DNA of 64,000 bases from Gemmatimonadota bacterium (GTDB taxonomy: Bacteria > Gemmatimonadota > Gemmatimonadetes > Gemmatimonadales > GWC2-71-9): contig JAZDCZ010000243.1 of the NCBI GenBank assembly GCA_036679605.1, positions 32,001 to 96,000 on the forward strand, given 5' to 3'. Position 1 is the first letter of the stretch. Every line of letters begins with the position of its first letter. The notes beneath the pieces are model-generated. The model did not search any database and had not been told where the DNA came from. It saw only the letters and a program-made list of their open reading frames with translations. The translations under genes and the position numbers were made by a program. Below, piece by piece: positions 8,936 to 18,825 of the stretch.

Positions 8936-11185
8936 ATGTCACACGTGCTCTCCAAACTTGAAACTGCTTTTGGTGACCGCTATCAGGTAGAGCGGGAACT
9001 CGGGCAAGGCGGGATGGCGATCGTCTACCTGGCTCACGATCCAAAGCACGATCGCAAAATCGCCATCAAGGTAATGCGACCGGAACTGGCATCCGAGATC
9101 GGCGCAGAACGTTTCCTGAGGGAGATAAAACTAGCGGCGCGGCTAACACACCCTCATATCCTGCCGCTGCACGATTCGGGTGAGGTCGATGGATTGTTGT
9201 TCTATGTGATGCCGTACATCGAAGGCGAATCCCTGAGAGAACGTCTCGACAGCACCCCCCAATTGCCGTTGGATGAAGCTTTGAAGATCGCCGAGAGTGT
9301 TGCCTCTGCTCTGGATCATGCTCACCGCAACAATGTGGTCCATCGGGACATCAAACCCGAAAACATCCTGATGCACGACGCTGGGGCAATGGTTGCAGAT
9401 TTCGGGATCGGGAAGGCGGTTAGCACCGCGAGTGCTGGTGGCATCACTGAAGCTGGTACAGCGTTGGGTACACCAGCCTATATGAGTCCTGAGCAGGCAA
9501 CTGGCGATACGGAACTCGATGGGCGCTCGGACATCTACAGTCTGGGGTGCGTGGTGTACGAAATGCTCGGTGGCGAGCCACCCTTCACCGGCCCATCTGT
9601 ACAGGCGGTCATCGCGCGACGTCTAATCGATTCAGCGCCCCGCCTGCGGGCGCTCCGGGATGTGCCGGATGCGCTCGACAGGGCCGTTGCTCGTTCGCTC
9701 GCACGGAATCCAGTTGATCGGTATGGCACAGCCGCGGAGTTTGCCAATGCGCTCAGGTCAGCTAGTGCCGAACCTGCGGCCGGCCAAGCCCAATCGATCG
9801 GTGCCGAAGATAAGTCGATCGCTGTGTTGCCCTTCTCTAACATGAGCGCTGACCCCGAGAACGAGTACTTCAGTGATGGCATGACTGAAGAGATCATCAA
9901 CGCGCTCGTCAAGGTCAAAGGGCTCAAGGTGGCTTCTCGAACGTCATCGTTTGCGTACAAGGGCAAGCTTCTGGACGTTCGCGAGATTGGAATGAAGCTC
10001 GGTGCCGGGGCTGTGTTGGAAGGGAGCGTGAGAAAGGCGGGAAACCGGATTCGGATCACAGCACAGCTCATTGACGTGGAGGATGGCTACCACCTTTGGT
10101 CGGAAACATATGATCGTCAACTGGAAGACGTGTTTGCAATCCAGGACGAGATCTCGCATGCGATCGTCGATGCTCTGCGAGTGAAGTTGGTGGGCGTGAG
10201 CAAGCCGCTCGTAGTGCCAGAGACGGAGAACCTTGAGGCGTACACGCTGTACCTCAAAGGTCGCTTCTTTTTCAACAGGTTTACAGAGTCTGACCTGCGT
10301 AGGAGCCTAGACATGTATGCCGAGGCCCTGGAGAAGGACTCTACATATGCTCGGGCGCACGCCGGCATCTCCGATACCTGGATGAACTTGGCTGACGATT
10401 GGCTCCCACCGCGGGAAGCTTATCCCAGATCCAAATCAGCTGCAGAGGAGGCGCTGGTTCTGGACGACTCACTTGCCGAGGCTCGCACTTCGCTTGGGAA
10501 GGTCATTGCTTGGTACGACTGGGATTTTGAGACAGCAGAGGCTGAGGTTCTTCGGGTGATCGAACTAGATCCGGCGTATGGAGAAGCGCACTTCGCTCTT
10601 GGTACGCTCCTTCCTGCGATGGGTCGTACGACTGAGGCGGTCGCCGCCATGAGGCGAGCATTTGCTCATGATCCACTGTGTGCTGGGTACAGCCGTTGGC
10701 TTGCGCGCATGTTGTTGTTTAACCACGAATATGAAGAGGGTATCCAGCTCATACAGCGTACGCTCGAACTTGATCAAAGTTATTCGAGAGCGTACCTCGA
10801 CCTGGGTAATGCATACTTGCTACAAGGGGACCCCGAGAAAGCCTTGGCGTCTTACCAGCAGGGACAGATCATCGAGGGTAGTGTGATTTCGTTCAACGCC
10901 TCCGCAGCACGAGCGCTGGCGGCGATGGGCAAGGAAGACGAAGTGCGACGGACGCTCGATGAATTGGAGGAGCTATCGCAGGAACGATATATTCGGGCTG
11001 AGGTGGTTGCCGCTGGGTACGCTGCCATCGGGGAAGTCGATCAAGCTTTCAAATGGCTTGACGAGGCACTCGAAGCTCGTTCCGCCGGACTAATTTATCT
11101 CGCGGTGGATCCTGCATATACCACGCTTCGCTCCGATTCGCGGTTTGAAGCGCTTACTGCCAAGGTCGGCGTAACAGATCGGTAG
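8936..11185 (+). CDS. Hanks-type Ser/Thr protein kinase with TolB-like (SIAVLPF) domain and TPR repeats
   Basis: LGQGGMAIVY, AIK, HRDIKPEN, DFG and GTPAYMSPE motifs; SIAVLPFSNMS..ENEYFSDGMTEEII; helical TPR C-terminus. Confidence 0.92.
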   Translation: MSHVLSKLETAFGDRYQVERELGQGGMAIVYLAHDPKHDRKIAIKVMRPELASEIGAERFLREIKLAARLTHPHILPLHDSGEVDGLLFYVMPYIEGESLRERLDSTPQLPLDEALKIAESVASALDHAHRNNVVHRDIKPENILMHDAGAMVADFGIGKAVSTASAGGITEAGTALGTPAYMSPEQATGDTELDGRSDIYSLGCVVYEMLGGEPPFTGPSVQAVIARRLIDSAPRLRALRDVPDALDRAVARSLARNPVDRYGTAAEFANALRSASAEPAAGQAQSIGAEDKSIAVLPFSNMSADPENEYFSDGMTEEIINALVKVKGLKVASRTSSFAYKGKLLDVREIGMKLGAGAVLEGSVRKAGNRIRITAQLIDVEDGYHLWSETYDRQLEDVFAIQDEISHAIVDALRVKLVGVSKPLVVPETENLEAYTLYLKGRFFFNRFTESDLRRSLDMYAEALEKDSTYARAHAGISDTWMNLADDWLPPREAYPRSKSAAEEALVLDDSLAEARTSLGKVIAWYDWDFETAEAEVLRVIELDPAYGEAHFALGTLLPAMGRTTEAVAAMRRAFAHDPLCAGYSRWLARMLLFNHEYEEGIQLIQRTLELDQSYSRAYLDLGNAYLLQGDPEKALASYQQGQIIEGSVISFNASAARALAAMGKEDEVRRTLDELEELSQERYIRAEVVAAGYAAIGEVDQAFKWLDEALEARSAGLIYLAVDPAYTTLRSDSRFEALTAKVGVTDR

Positions 11186-11206
11186 ACTGACCACGGCATT
11201 GTACTT

Positions 11207-12853
11207 CTAGATCTCACCCCGCCGCGCGAATCCCGCGATGTGCTCGGCTGCTCTATACGCCAATGCTTGGATTGTTTCGGTGGGTTGTCCGCGGCCACCT
11301 GTTACCAAACTGCTTCCGTCGCACAGGAAAAGATTCGGCACGTCGTGCGTGCGATGATACTTGTCGACCACGGAGGTCTTCGGATCGTTGCCCATCCTGC
11401 ACGTGCCGAGCAGGTGGTATCCAATCCGCTGCTCAAAGCTGGTCGGCCCCCAGGTCCGTGACGCGCCGGCGGCCTCCATGATCTCGAGCGCACGCTCCAC
11501 GAAGAACTTGATCGTTGCGATGTCGTCGGGATGATCCTTATACGTAACGCGCAGGGCCGGTAATCCCCACGCGTCCCTGAGTTCGGGATCAAGCTCGATG
11601 CGGTTGGTGGGGACGGGCAACGAAGTGCTGTGCACGTCGGTGTTCATCATGCGTGAGTAGTGATGGTGTAGCATGCTCTTGTACTCGGCGCCCCACGTAG
11701 GCGCGTCGGGCGGGAGGCCACCGTTGGCGACGAGTAGCGGGTACCCCCAGTAGCGCGCGTCGACACCGCCGCCGCCGTAGAAACCGCGCTTAGGATCGGT
11801 TTCGTAGAAGTCCCAGATCATGCGCGTCGCCATCACGCTCTTCCAGTCGTTCAATGGCCGCTCGAACACGCCGGTGGTTGACGCATTCCCGTTGAACATG
11901 AGATGCGTGCCGACGATGCCGCTGGAGTTGGCGAGACCGTCGGGAAACATGTTGCTCTTGGACATAAACAGCAGGCGCGGTGTCTCCGATCCGTTGGCGC
12001 TCACGATCACCGCTCGCGCCGGTTGAAAATGTTCTACCCTCTCGGCATCGAAATAGACCACGCCTGTAGTCCTTCCGGCCTTGTCGATCTCGATTTTGCG
12101 GACGTAACTCCCGGACCGCACTTCGCAGCGACCGGTCGCTTCGGCTTCGGGTATCGTGGTGAACAGCGTCGACGACTTGGCGCGGTGCTCGCAACCAAAC
12201 CCAGAGCAGTAGCCACAGTGTTGGCATGCAGAGCGTCCCTTGTACGGTTGGGAAATGATACACATCGGAGCAACCTGCGGATGGAATCCAAGCGAGCGAG
12301 CGCCGCGCTCGAACAGGACTCCGGAACTCTTGACTGGGAGTGGCGGTGTAGGGTACCCGCGCGATCGCGGCGGGTCGAACGGGCCCTGCTCACCGGAAAC
12401 GCCCAAGTCCCACTCGGCCTTGGTGTAGTACGGTTCCAGTTCTTCGTACGTGATCGGCCAGTCAGCGAACCCGGTCCCTGAAATGGGGCCCAGTAGGCTC
12501 CGTTCCTTGAAGTCGATTGGCTTGAAGCGCCAATAGTTGGATGTGAACATGACGCTGCCGCCGCCCACCAGCCGATGGTATACCACGCCGCCGGTGCCCT
12601 GTTCGGGCTTCGCATCGGGGCCGGCCTTGAACATTTGCGGTTGCAGGTCGGGCCGGTTGTTGAGCCAGCTCTGAAAGAAATACTTGAACTCGTCGTGCTC
12701 GAAATCCTTTGCCTCGAGTCGCGGCCCCTGCTCGAGCACCAGCACGGTGAATCCGGCTACTGACAACTCCTTGGCCAACACACCGCCGGCTGCACCCGAG
12801 CCTACTATTAGAAAATCGACCGTTGTGCCCTGCGGAAATTCTGCGTTGCTCAT
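11207..12853 (-). CDS. GMC family oxidoreductase (gluconate/glycoside dehydrogenase flavoprotein subunit)
   Basis: GSGAAGG FAD motif, CQHCGYCSGFGC Fe-S cluster, HLLGTCRMG; ATGA overlap with the upstream gene. Confidence 0.9.
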   Translation of the reverse strand: MSNAEFPQGTTVDFLIVGSGAAGGVLAKELSVAGFTVLVLEQGPRLEAKDFEHDEFKYFFQSWLNNRPDLQPQMFKAGPDAKPEQGTGGVVYHRLVGGGSVMFTSNYWRFKPIDFKERSLLGPISGTGFADWPITYEELEPYYTKAEWDLGVSGEQGPFDPPRSRGYPTPPLPVKSSGVLFERGARSLGFHPQVAPMCIISQPYKGRSACQHCGYCSGFGCEHRAKSSTLFTTIPEAEATGRCEVRSGSYVRKIEIDKAGRTTGVVYFDAERVEHFQPARAVIVSANGSETPRLLFMSKSNMFPDGLANSSGIVGTHLMFNGNASTTGVFERPLNDWKSVMATRMIWDFYETDPKRGFYGGGGVDARYWGYPLLVANGGLPPDAPTWGAEYKSMLHHHYSRMMNTDVHSTSLPVPTNRIELDPELRDAWGLPALRVTYKDHPDDIATIKFFVERALEIMEAAGASRTWGPTSFEQRIGYHLLGTCRMGNDPKTSVVDKYHRTHDVPNLFLCDGSSLVTGGRGQPTETIQALAYRAAEHIAGFARRGEI

Positions 12854-13431
12854 CGTCCCATCTCCTCGGCGTCGTAAGCGCCAAAGGGCGGCCGCCACAC
12901 AAAGCGCGGTTCAAATCCGATTATTTTCCACCCTGCGCCCTCATAGTTCCCACCCCATTGCGGATGCGCAAACGTCCCCGTGATTACCCCAATCCTCACC
13001 TGCCCAAAGAACGGTGTGTCCTGGATCTCTCGGAGAATTTCAAGTTGGCGGTCGCTGGATAATTCGGCGATCCGCGCGGTGCCCGGCCAACGCTGTGCAA
13101 CTTTCTGGTTGAGATCTCCCAACCCGTCGAGCAGTGCATCCTTCTGGCCGGCCTGGAAAGTGGCAAGCGCCCGGTCGATAAAGACCACGGCTCGCGCCTC
13201 TTTTGCGCCCGGCAGGTCATCATCGGTTGGTATGATCTGGGCGGCGATGGCCTCGATGTCTGCCGCCTGATCGGTGGTCAGCACATCGTAGCGAACCGGC
13301 TCGCCCTGCTCCGCAGCCCGGGCCGCTGCCATGGCCTGCATGAATGCGTGCGGGTCCGTACCGAGCCAGCCGGCGGCAAGGGCGCCGCTGGCCGCTAGGA
13401 ATTCTCGTCTTGAAGTGGTCGAATCGGTCAT
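12850..13431 (-). CDS. Gluconate 2-dehydrogenase subunit 3 family protein (Tat hitch-hiker subunit)
   Basis: SRREFL Tat motif; IIPTD..PGA.EA....FID; F.HPQWGGN....GWKIIGF. Confidence 0.88.
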   Translation of the reverse strand: MTDSTTSRREFLAASGALAAGWLGTDPHAFMQAMAAARAAEQGEPVRYDVLTTDQAADIEAIAAQIIPTDDDLPGAKEARAVVFIDRALATFQAGQKDALLDGLGDLNQKVAQRWPGTARIAELSSDRQLEILREIQDTPFFGQVRIGVITGTFAHPQWGGNYEGAGWKIIGFEPRFVWRPPFGAYDAEEMGR

Positions 13432-13544
13432 GAGTTGAGTTGGTTGAGGACGAATCAAAGTGCACTCTAACGGGCAAGTCGGCTAGTGCGCATCAGAAAC
13501 TCTGCAACCCCCCTCGTTGTGCTTAGTTCCAAACAAGGTCCCAT

Positions 13545-13573
13545 TTGCCTTCGGGTTCCCGATCTCGTAAGAT
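13545..13573 (+). promoter_or_regulatory. sigma70-type promoter for the glycosylasparaginase gene
   Basis: TTGCCT-N17-TAAGAT. Confidence 0.5.
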
Positions 13574-13638
13574 CAGTTCTGGAAAGTGCACTTGATCAAC
13601 CAAGTGGAGAGCCTGAAACACTACTGAGGAGTACTGTG

Positions 13639-14730
13639 ATGAGCAGCCAAAAGCCTGAGGGAGATCGCCGAGATTTTTTTCGCCGTAGTATTGGATTGGG
13701 AGCCGGTGCGTTCGTTTTCGGACGCTGGCCGGAGGACCTGCTACGGCCCCGACCGTCGGCCAAGGCGACCCCGCTCATAATCACCAGTCACTCCAATCAA
13801 ACAGGGCAGAATGCCATGAGAGCGGCATGGGAGATCTTGGGCTCCGGTGGCTCTGCCCTCGACTCGGTGGAGAAGGGGGCCAACGTAATCGAAGTGGATC
13901 CAGAGGACACGAGCGTCGGTTATGGCGGTCTGCCCAATGAGAACGGTGTGGTTCAACTAGACGCGTCGATTATGGACGGGAAGACCTATAATGCCGGCTC
14001 GGTGGCGTCCCTCGAGAACATCAAGACGCCTGCATCGGTAGCCCGACTCGTGATGGAACGTACGGACCACGTAATGTTGGTAGGTAAGGGCGCGCTCGAA
14101 TTCGCGAAATCTTTCGGCTTCAAGGAAGAAAACCTTCTTACCGAGAAGGCTCGGAACATTTGGCTACGTTGGCGCGAGCGGCGTAGCGCAACGGACGACT
14201 GGGGACCGCCGGATCATTTGAGAAAACCGTCGGGTGAAGAAATGGGTCGCATGCTCGAGGGACCGGACGACTTTCACTACGGCACCACCAACGTTTTGGC
14301 TGTGGATGCAAACGGCGATGTTGCCGGTATCACGACCACGAGCGGTCTGAGCTGGAAGATCGATGGCCGGATCGGTGACTCACCTATCATCGGGGCGGGA
14401 CTCTACGTCGACAACGACGTCGGTGCCGCCGGGGTAACGGGACGAGGAGAGGACGTTATCAAGTCATGCGCATCGTACTTCATCGTAATGCGGATGGGGG
14501 CAGGGCGGTCTCCGCAGGAAGCGTGCGAAGATGCGATCGAGATGATCGTGCACAAGTACCGTAACGTGAATCCGAGCTTTGTGCCGGGTGAGAAATTCGT
14601 AGCCATCAATCGGGCTGGAGAGTACGGTGCCGCTTCAATGGGCAGCCGCCGCGTACCGAAAATGTCGGTCCGTAACGACAGCGGACTAGAGATTTTTGAG
14701 GGGACTACGAGTTACGCGCCGACGGGATAA
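13639..14730 (+). CDS. N(4)-(beta-N-acetylglucosaminyl)-L-asparaginase (Ntn hydrolase), Tat-exported
   Basis: DRRDFF Tat signal; SVGYGGLP...LDASIMDG; G|TT autocleavage site; TTTSGL..K..GRIGDSPIIGAG. Confidence 0.88.
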   Translation: MSSQKPEGDRRDFFRRSIGLGAGAFVFGRWPEDLLRPRPSAKATPLIITSHSNQTGQNAMRAAWEILGSGGSALDSVEKGANVIEVDPEDTSVGYGGLPNENGVVQLDASIMDGKTYNAGSVASLENIKTPASVARLVMERTDHVMLVGKGALEFAKSFGFKEENLLTEKARNIWLRWRERRSATDDWGPPDHLRKPSGEEMGRMLEGPDDFHYGTTNVLAVDANGDVAGITTTSGLSWKIDGRIGDSPIIGAGLYVDNDVGAAGVTGRGEDVIKSCASYFIVMRMGAGRSPQEACEDAIEMIVHKYRNVNPSFVPGEKFVAINRAGEYGAASMGSRRVPKMSVRNDSGLEIFEGTTSYAPTG

Positions 14731-14760
14731 TCGGAGAATCTGATCTCGTAGACGTTAACC

Positions 14761-15591
14761 CTACTCATCCAGCGCGTCTATTAGTGTCCTGAGGTACTGT
14801 GCAATGGGGAGCGTCATATCCCTATCGGTCCAATAGTCGTTGTGCGTCGCGGGGTTCCAACTCGTGGCCAAAGAGCCGACATTGATTTCGTAATCCACCA
14901 TGCGTGAGACAGTATCCCTCTGACCCTTCGTCAGCTTGGATAAGTTCTTTTCGTACAGTGGTCGCAAGGGCCATCCCAATAGGTCGTCGCGGTCGTAGAA
15001 GTTGAGCCACTTGGCGGCTGCTCTGAGCGCATATTTCCGAATCTTTGGGCTGGGTAACCGTATCGGTCGCGCGATGGGGAATGCCAGGCTGAAGAGCGGT
15101 ATGTTACACCCAAACGTAACGAATCCAACCAAACCGGGGAGTGAGGCGAGCGGCCCTTTGTAACCGCGTTGCTGTGTATCCCAAAGATAATTGGACATGA
15201 TGTGACAGCCGAGCGAGTGGGCCAGCACGACCACGGGTGTGTTGCGCTCGGGGATCGTGGAACAGAAGTTCTCGATGGCAGAACTGATGACCCGGTGTAC
15301 GATAGAGTATGCGCTATCCTTCTCGAAGTCACGGTGGTAGGCCAGGGCGTCTCCGAACCCGTTGACCACGAAGTTGCGGGCCGACATCCAATCCAGTTTC
15401 ACCTCCTTCATGCATTCAAGGAGAGTGTCCTCACGAACTTTCATCACGTTCGCCCAGTGGATCTCCTCCCATCGGAAGCGTGATCGCAGCTTGCCGAGGT
15501 GTTTGCACAGTTGTTCAACGAGGCCCGCTGAGAAGCCGGCTTCCTGCGAGCCGATTCCGTGGATCGTGAATACGACGATTTGTTTTTTCAT
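14761..15591 (-). CDS. Uncharacterised alpha/beta-hydrolase-fold protein
   Basis: IHGIG oxyanion motif, AHSLG nucleophile elbow, NFYD.DD acid, C-terminal H.DYW; start placed at MKKQIVV. Confidence 0.7.
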   Translation of the reverse strand: MKKQIVVFTIHGIGSQEAGFSAGLVEQLCKHLGKLRSRFRWEEIHWANVMKVREDTLLECMKEVKLDWMSARNFVVNGFGDALAYHRDFEKDSAYSIVHRVISSAIENFCSTIPERNTPVVVLAHSLGCHIMSNYLWDTQQRGYKGPLASLPGLVGFVTFGCNIPLFSLAFPIARPIRLPSPKIRKYALRAAAKWLNFYDRDDLLGWPLRPLYEKNLSKLTKGQRDTVSRMVDYEINVGSLATSWNPATHNDYWTDRDMTLPIAQYLRTLIDALDE

Positions 15592-15602
15592 TGAGTGGCT
15601 GA

Positions 15603-16301
15603 CTAGCTCTTCCGCTTGTCCTCGAGCGCAATGAAACTCATGACTCGCGCCGCTGCGTAGCGGAACGCGCGCTCGCGGAATGCGAGAAAGGTCACGCACG
15701 CCACGAGCAGGGCCATCAAGAGCAACTGCAAACCGATGAGCGAGAACGGACCAACGTGTCGGGCTCCAGCAATGAGGCGAACGGGTTCCCAAAACGGAAT
15801 TACCAGGGCGATAGCGAGCGATGGCAACACGAACCCTCTGGCCAGTCGGTATTGGTCCCGGTAGACTTGTATCGTACGGAAAACCTGAGGTGCGTGGGCC
15901 ATCACTACATAGTCGAGTGTGTGCATGAACTCACCCGCCTTGCGAACTCGATCGCTGTCGTCCCGATCGAGAATCTCCGCTAGAGTCGGTCCGCCGACAC
16001 CGGTGTCACGTACACCGGCCTTCGAAAATCGCCGCCCCACCGTCGTGCTCGTCAGTATCTTGAATTCCCACAAATCCTTTTGGTGCCGAAACACACTGCG
16101 GGACACGGCGTGCATTACAACACCAATCACCGATGCGGCCCCGAATAGAACCGTTACTGCCAAGGCCAGCTCCAATCCGGTCCACTCGGGAAGCCGTTGG
16201 ATGTTGAAGGCCGGCGACGCCACGTCTAGCAGCACGGCAATCCAGAACAGCGAGTACAGTCCCTGCAGCAACGTCACCACCCCTAGAGGATACGGAAACA
16301 T
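15603..16301 (-). CDS. Hypothetical integral membrane protein (~4 TM)
   Basis: GGAGGT SD overlapping the upstream stop; two pairs of hydrophobic helices around a soluble loop. Confidence 0.7.
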   Translation of the reverse strand: MFPYPLGVVTLLQGLYSLFWIAVLLDVASPAFNIQRLPEWTGLELALAVTVLFGAASVIGVVMHAVSRSVFRHQKDLWEFKILTSTTVGRRFSKAGVRDTGVGGPTLAEILDRDDSDRVRKAGEFMHTLDYVVMAHAPQVFRTIQVYRDQYRLARGFVLPSLAIALVIPFWEPVRLIAGARHVGPFSLIGLQLLLMALLVACVTFLAFRERAFRYAAARVMSFIALEDKRKS

Positions 16302-16310
16302 CAATACCTC

Positions 16311-16658
16311 CTATGTAGCCGACACGACGAGTAGCAACACGATCAATACAACGGCCACTGTAACGATAATCCATACTCTGTCCAGCGGTATTATCCGGCG
16401 CCGCGGTCGGATTACACGAGGACCCGCACCGTGCAGTGGAATTGTGCTGTCTCCGGGCTCCTGGTCAGGTTCGTAGGAGCGCAGCTTCTCATACGCTTCG
16501 TTGATCGCCTGCAGTTGCTCACCGGCCTTCCGCTGCAACTCGGCGTCGTGCGAGAAGCGATCCGGGTGCCAGACCTTCGTGAGATCGCGATAGGCGGACT
16601 TGATCGCCTCCCGAGAAGCTCCAGGTTCCAGGCCGAGCACGCGAAGGTGACTATTCAT
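16311..16658 (-). CDS. J-domain protein with C-terminal membrane anchor
   Basis: VLGL.PGAS.E.IK.AYR.L.K.WHPDRF...INEAYE.L (HPD motif), then a TM helix at the C-terminus. Confidence 0.88.
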   Translation of the reverse strand: MNSHLRVLGLEPGASREAIKSAYRDLTKVWHPDRFSHDAELQRKAGEQLQAINEAYEKLRSYEPDQEPGDSTIPLHGAGPRVIRPRRRIIPLDRVWIIVTVAVVLIVLLLVVSAT

Positions 16659-16767
16659 CCTAAGCTAGTGGATACGGCGATTTGTTCTTTCATATGGCTC
16701 GCCAAGGTATCCCTATCTCAGCGCCGAGGCCAGCCAGAGGTGGTCGTGGACTTGAACGGAAGAATAG

Positions 16768-16938
16768 TTATGAGCGTCGGTGCGTTACTTCCAGTGTGAC
16801 ATGACAGGAACAGCCGGTTGGCGCCTTGGCCTTGCTTGCACAGGAATCGCATGCACTTGACGCGCCTCTCGCCCTCTGTAAAAGCCCAAATGCGACAAAC
16901 AGTACTGCCGTAGCGATCACACCTACGACGGCGGTCAT
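16768..16938 (-). CDS. Small Cys-rich single-pass membrane protein (56 aa)
   Basis: ATGA overlap with the rnfA stop; MTAVVGVIATAVLFVAFGLL (TM) then CDSC...CSCH. Confidence 0.65.
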   Translation of the reverse strand: MTAVVGVIATAVLFVAFGLLQRARGASSACDSCASKAKAPTGCSCHVTLEVTHRRS

Positions 16939-17516
16939 GTCGAACTCAACAAGCCGGCGAAGCCCATGAACGCCATCGACAGGCTTCCGGCGATTATCAG
17001 TACCAGTGCTGTACCTTCGGCGATGTCCGGGATGTCGGCCATTTCGGTGTTTTCGCGGATCGATGCCATGAGCACGAGTGCCAAGGTCAAGCCAAGCCCT
17101 GCGCCCACGGCGAAGAACAGTCCCTGCAAAAATCCGTAGCCGCGATTCGTCTGGAAAATGGCAAGACCGAGAATCGCACAATTGGTGGTGATCAGCGGCA
17201 GAAAGATTCCTAATTGCCGGAACAACGTGGGACTCAATTTCTTGATCACCATCTCGACAATTTGCACCAGCGATGCGATCACGACTATGAATGAAATGAG
17301 ACGGAGGTATGGTGCAGCCGGGAGAATGAACGTATTCAGGAACCATGCGCAGATCGACGTAATTATCAGAACGAAGATATTTGCGGCACCCATCCTGACC
17401 GCGGTCGATACGCGCGCCGAGACTCCCATGAAGGGACAGAGCCCTAAGAACAACGTCAAAGTGAAATTGTTCACAACCATTGCAGACACGAGGATCCAGA
17501 GTAAAGAGTCCGTCAT
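16935..17516 (-). CDS. rnfA: Rnf complex subunit A
   Basis: NNF.L..FLGLCPFMGVS, LGIFLPLITTNCAILG. Confidence 0.93.
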   Translation of the reverse strand: MTDSLLWILVSAMVVNNFTLTLFLGLCPFMGVSARVSTAVRMGAANIFVLIITSICAWFLNTFILPAAPYLRLISFIVVIASLVQIVEMVIKKLSPTLFRQLGIFLPLITTNCAILGLAIFQTNRGYGFLQGLFFAVGAGLGLTLALVLMASIRENTEMADIPDIAEGTALVLIIAGSLSMAFMGFAGLLSST

Positions 17517-18169
17517 GCCGCCCTCTCCGATCTGACGCCCTCGGGCCACTCGCGTTCTGCGGGCTTGACCCTCTTTCGCCGTTGCACCCAACTCAGACCA
17601 AGCAGTAGGAATCCGAGTGTGAGAAATCCTCCCGGCGGCAAGATCATCACGACCCACGGTTCGTAGGACGGCCCGAACAAACTCACCCCAAGGAAGCTGC
17701 CGGTACCCAGTACTTCACGTACTGTGCCCATGAGCAAAAGCGCGATGATGAACCCGAAGCCGGTACCGACTGCGTCGAGCAGTGCACGTCCCACAGGGCG
17801 CTTCGATGCAAACGCCTCCTGTCTGCCGAGAATCATGCAATTCACGACTATCAGTGCAACGAACGCTCCCAGTGCTTTGTGCACGGTGGGTACTACGGCC
17901 TCTAGAGTCATATCGGCTACGGTAACGAACGTTGCGATTATGAGGATGTATGTAGAAATGCGAACTTCGTGTGGAATGAACCGTTTGAACACGGAGACCA
18001 AGAAGCTGGATCCTGTGAGCACAAAAAACGTTGCCAGTCCCATAGCAAGGCTGTTTGCCACCGTGTTGGTGACAGCAAGTGCAGGGCAGAGGCCCAGCAT
18101 CTGTATGAGTACGGGGTTCTCTCGCCAGATACCGCGCAGCAGGTCGACTTGCGCCGTAGTCTCTCTCAC
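17513..18169 (-). CDS. rnfE: Rnf complex subunit E
   Basis: GIWRENP.L.QMLGLCP.LAVT, LIVVNC.ILGR.EAFA, LPPGGF. Confidence 0.93.
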   Translation of the reverse strand: MRETTAQVDLLRGIWRENPVLIQMLGLCPALAVTNTVANSLAMGLATFFVLTGSSFLVSVFKRFIPHEVRISTYILIIATFVTVADMTLEAVVPTVHKALGAFVALIVVNCMILGRQEAFASKRPVGRALLDAVGTGFGFIIALLLMGTVREVLGTGSFLGVSLFGPSYEPWVVMILPPGGFLTLGFLLLGLSWVQRRKRVKPAEREWPEGVRSERAA

Positions 18170-18825
18170 CGCGATCCTCCGTCGTACGCGTCGATCATCG
18201 GTCCGAGTCGCTCCAGCGCATTGTTGATGATCTTGATGACTGTTCGCGACGAGATTGTGGCTCCGGTGATCATGTCGATCTCACTATCGCTCCCTGAGTT
18301 CCGTCCAATCTTTACTCCCGCGAGTGGCGGTACCGCACCGTCGAACTGAATTACAAAGGTTGAATCTTTTTCTATCTTGTCGCCCAGCCCTGGCGTTTCC
18401 TTGCTCTCCAGGACCTTCATGCCGAGCAGTGTTCGGGAAGTTGGATCGTATCCGAAGATGATTCGTACCATGTCCTGGAACCCTGGCTCGCCGGCGGCGA
18501 TCGCGAACCCGACCTGCCGACCATTCTCGTCGTATCCAAGATAGATCTGCTCGACTTTGTTTGGATCGATCCCGTCGGGAAGCTGCCTCGCGAGCGCGTC
18601 GTTCTGCACGTAGATGGTATCGTAATGGTCGGGCGCCTTGAGTACCTCTTGGATAGCCTGCTGCAACACCGCGGCCTTGTGCGCGGTAATCGCGGGCAGC
18701 GTTCCCACATACACGAAGACGATCAAGAAGCCGGCAAGAGCACCAGCGCCTCCAAGCGTCGCGAGTAACTTCCACGCCGGCACGTGGCGCTCGACGGGTG
18801 GTGCAGTTCCATGCGCGTCGGTCAC
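18166..18825 (-). CDS. rnfG: Rnf complex subunit G (covalent FMN)
   Basis: N-terminal TM, ETPGLG, ITGATISS flavinylation motif. Confidence 0.92.
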   Translation of the reverse strand: MTDAHGTAPPVERHVPAWKLLATLGGAGALAGFLIVFVYVGTLPAITAHKAAVLQQAIQEVLKAPDHYDTIYVQNDALARQLPDGIDPNKVEQIYLGYDENGRQVGFAIAAGEPGFQDMVRIIFGYDPTSRTLLGMKVLESKETPGLGDKIEKDSTFVIQFDGAVPPLAGVKIGRNSGSDSEIDMITGATISSRTVIKIINNALERLGPMIDAYDGGSR

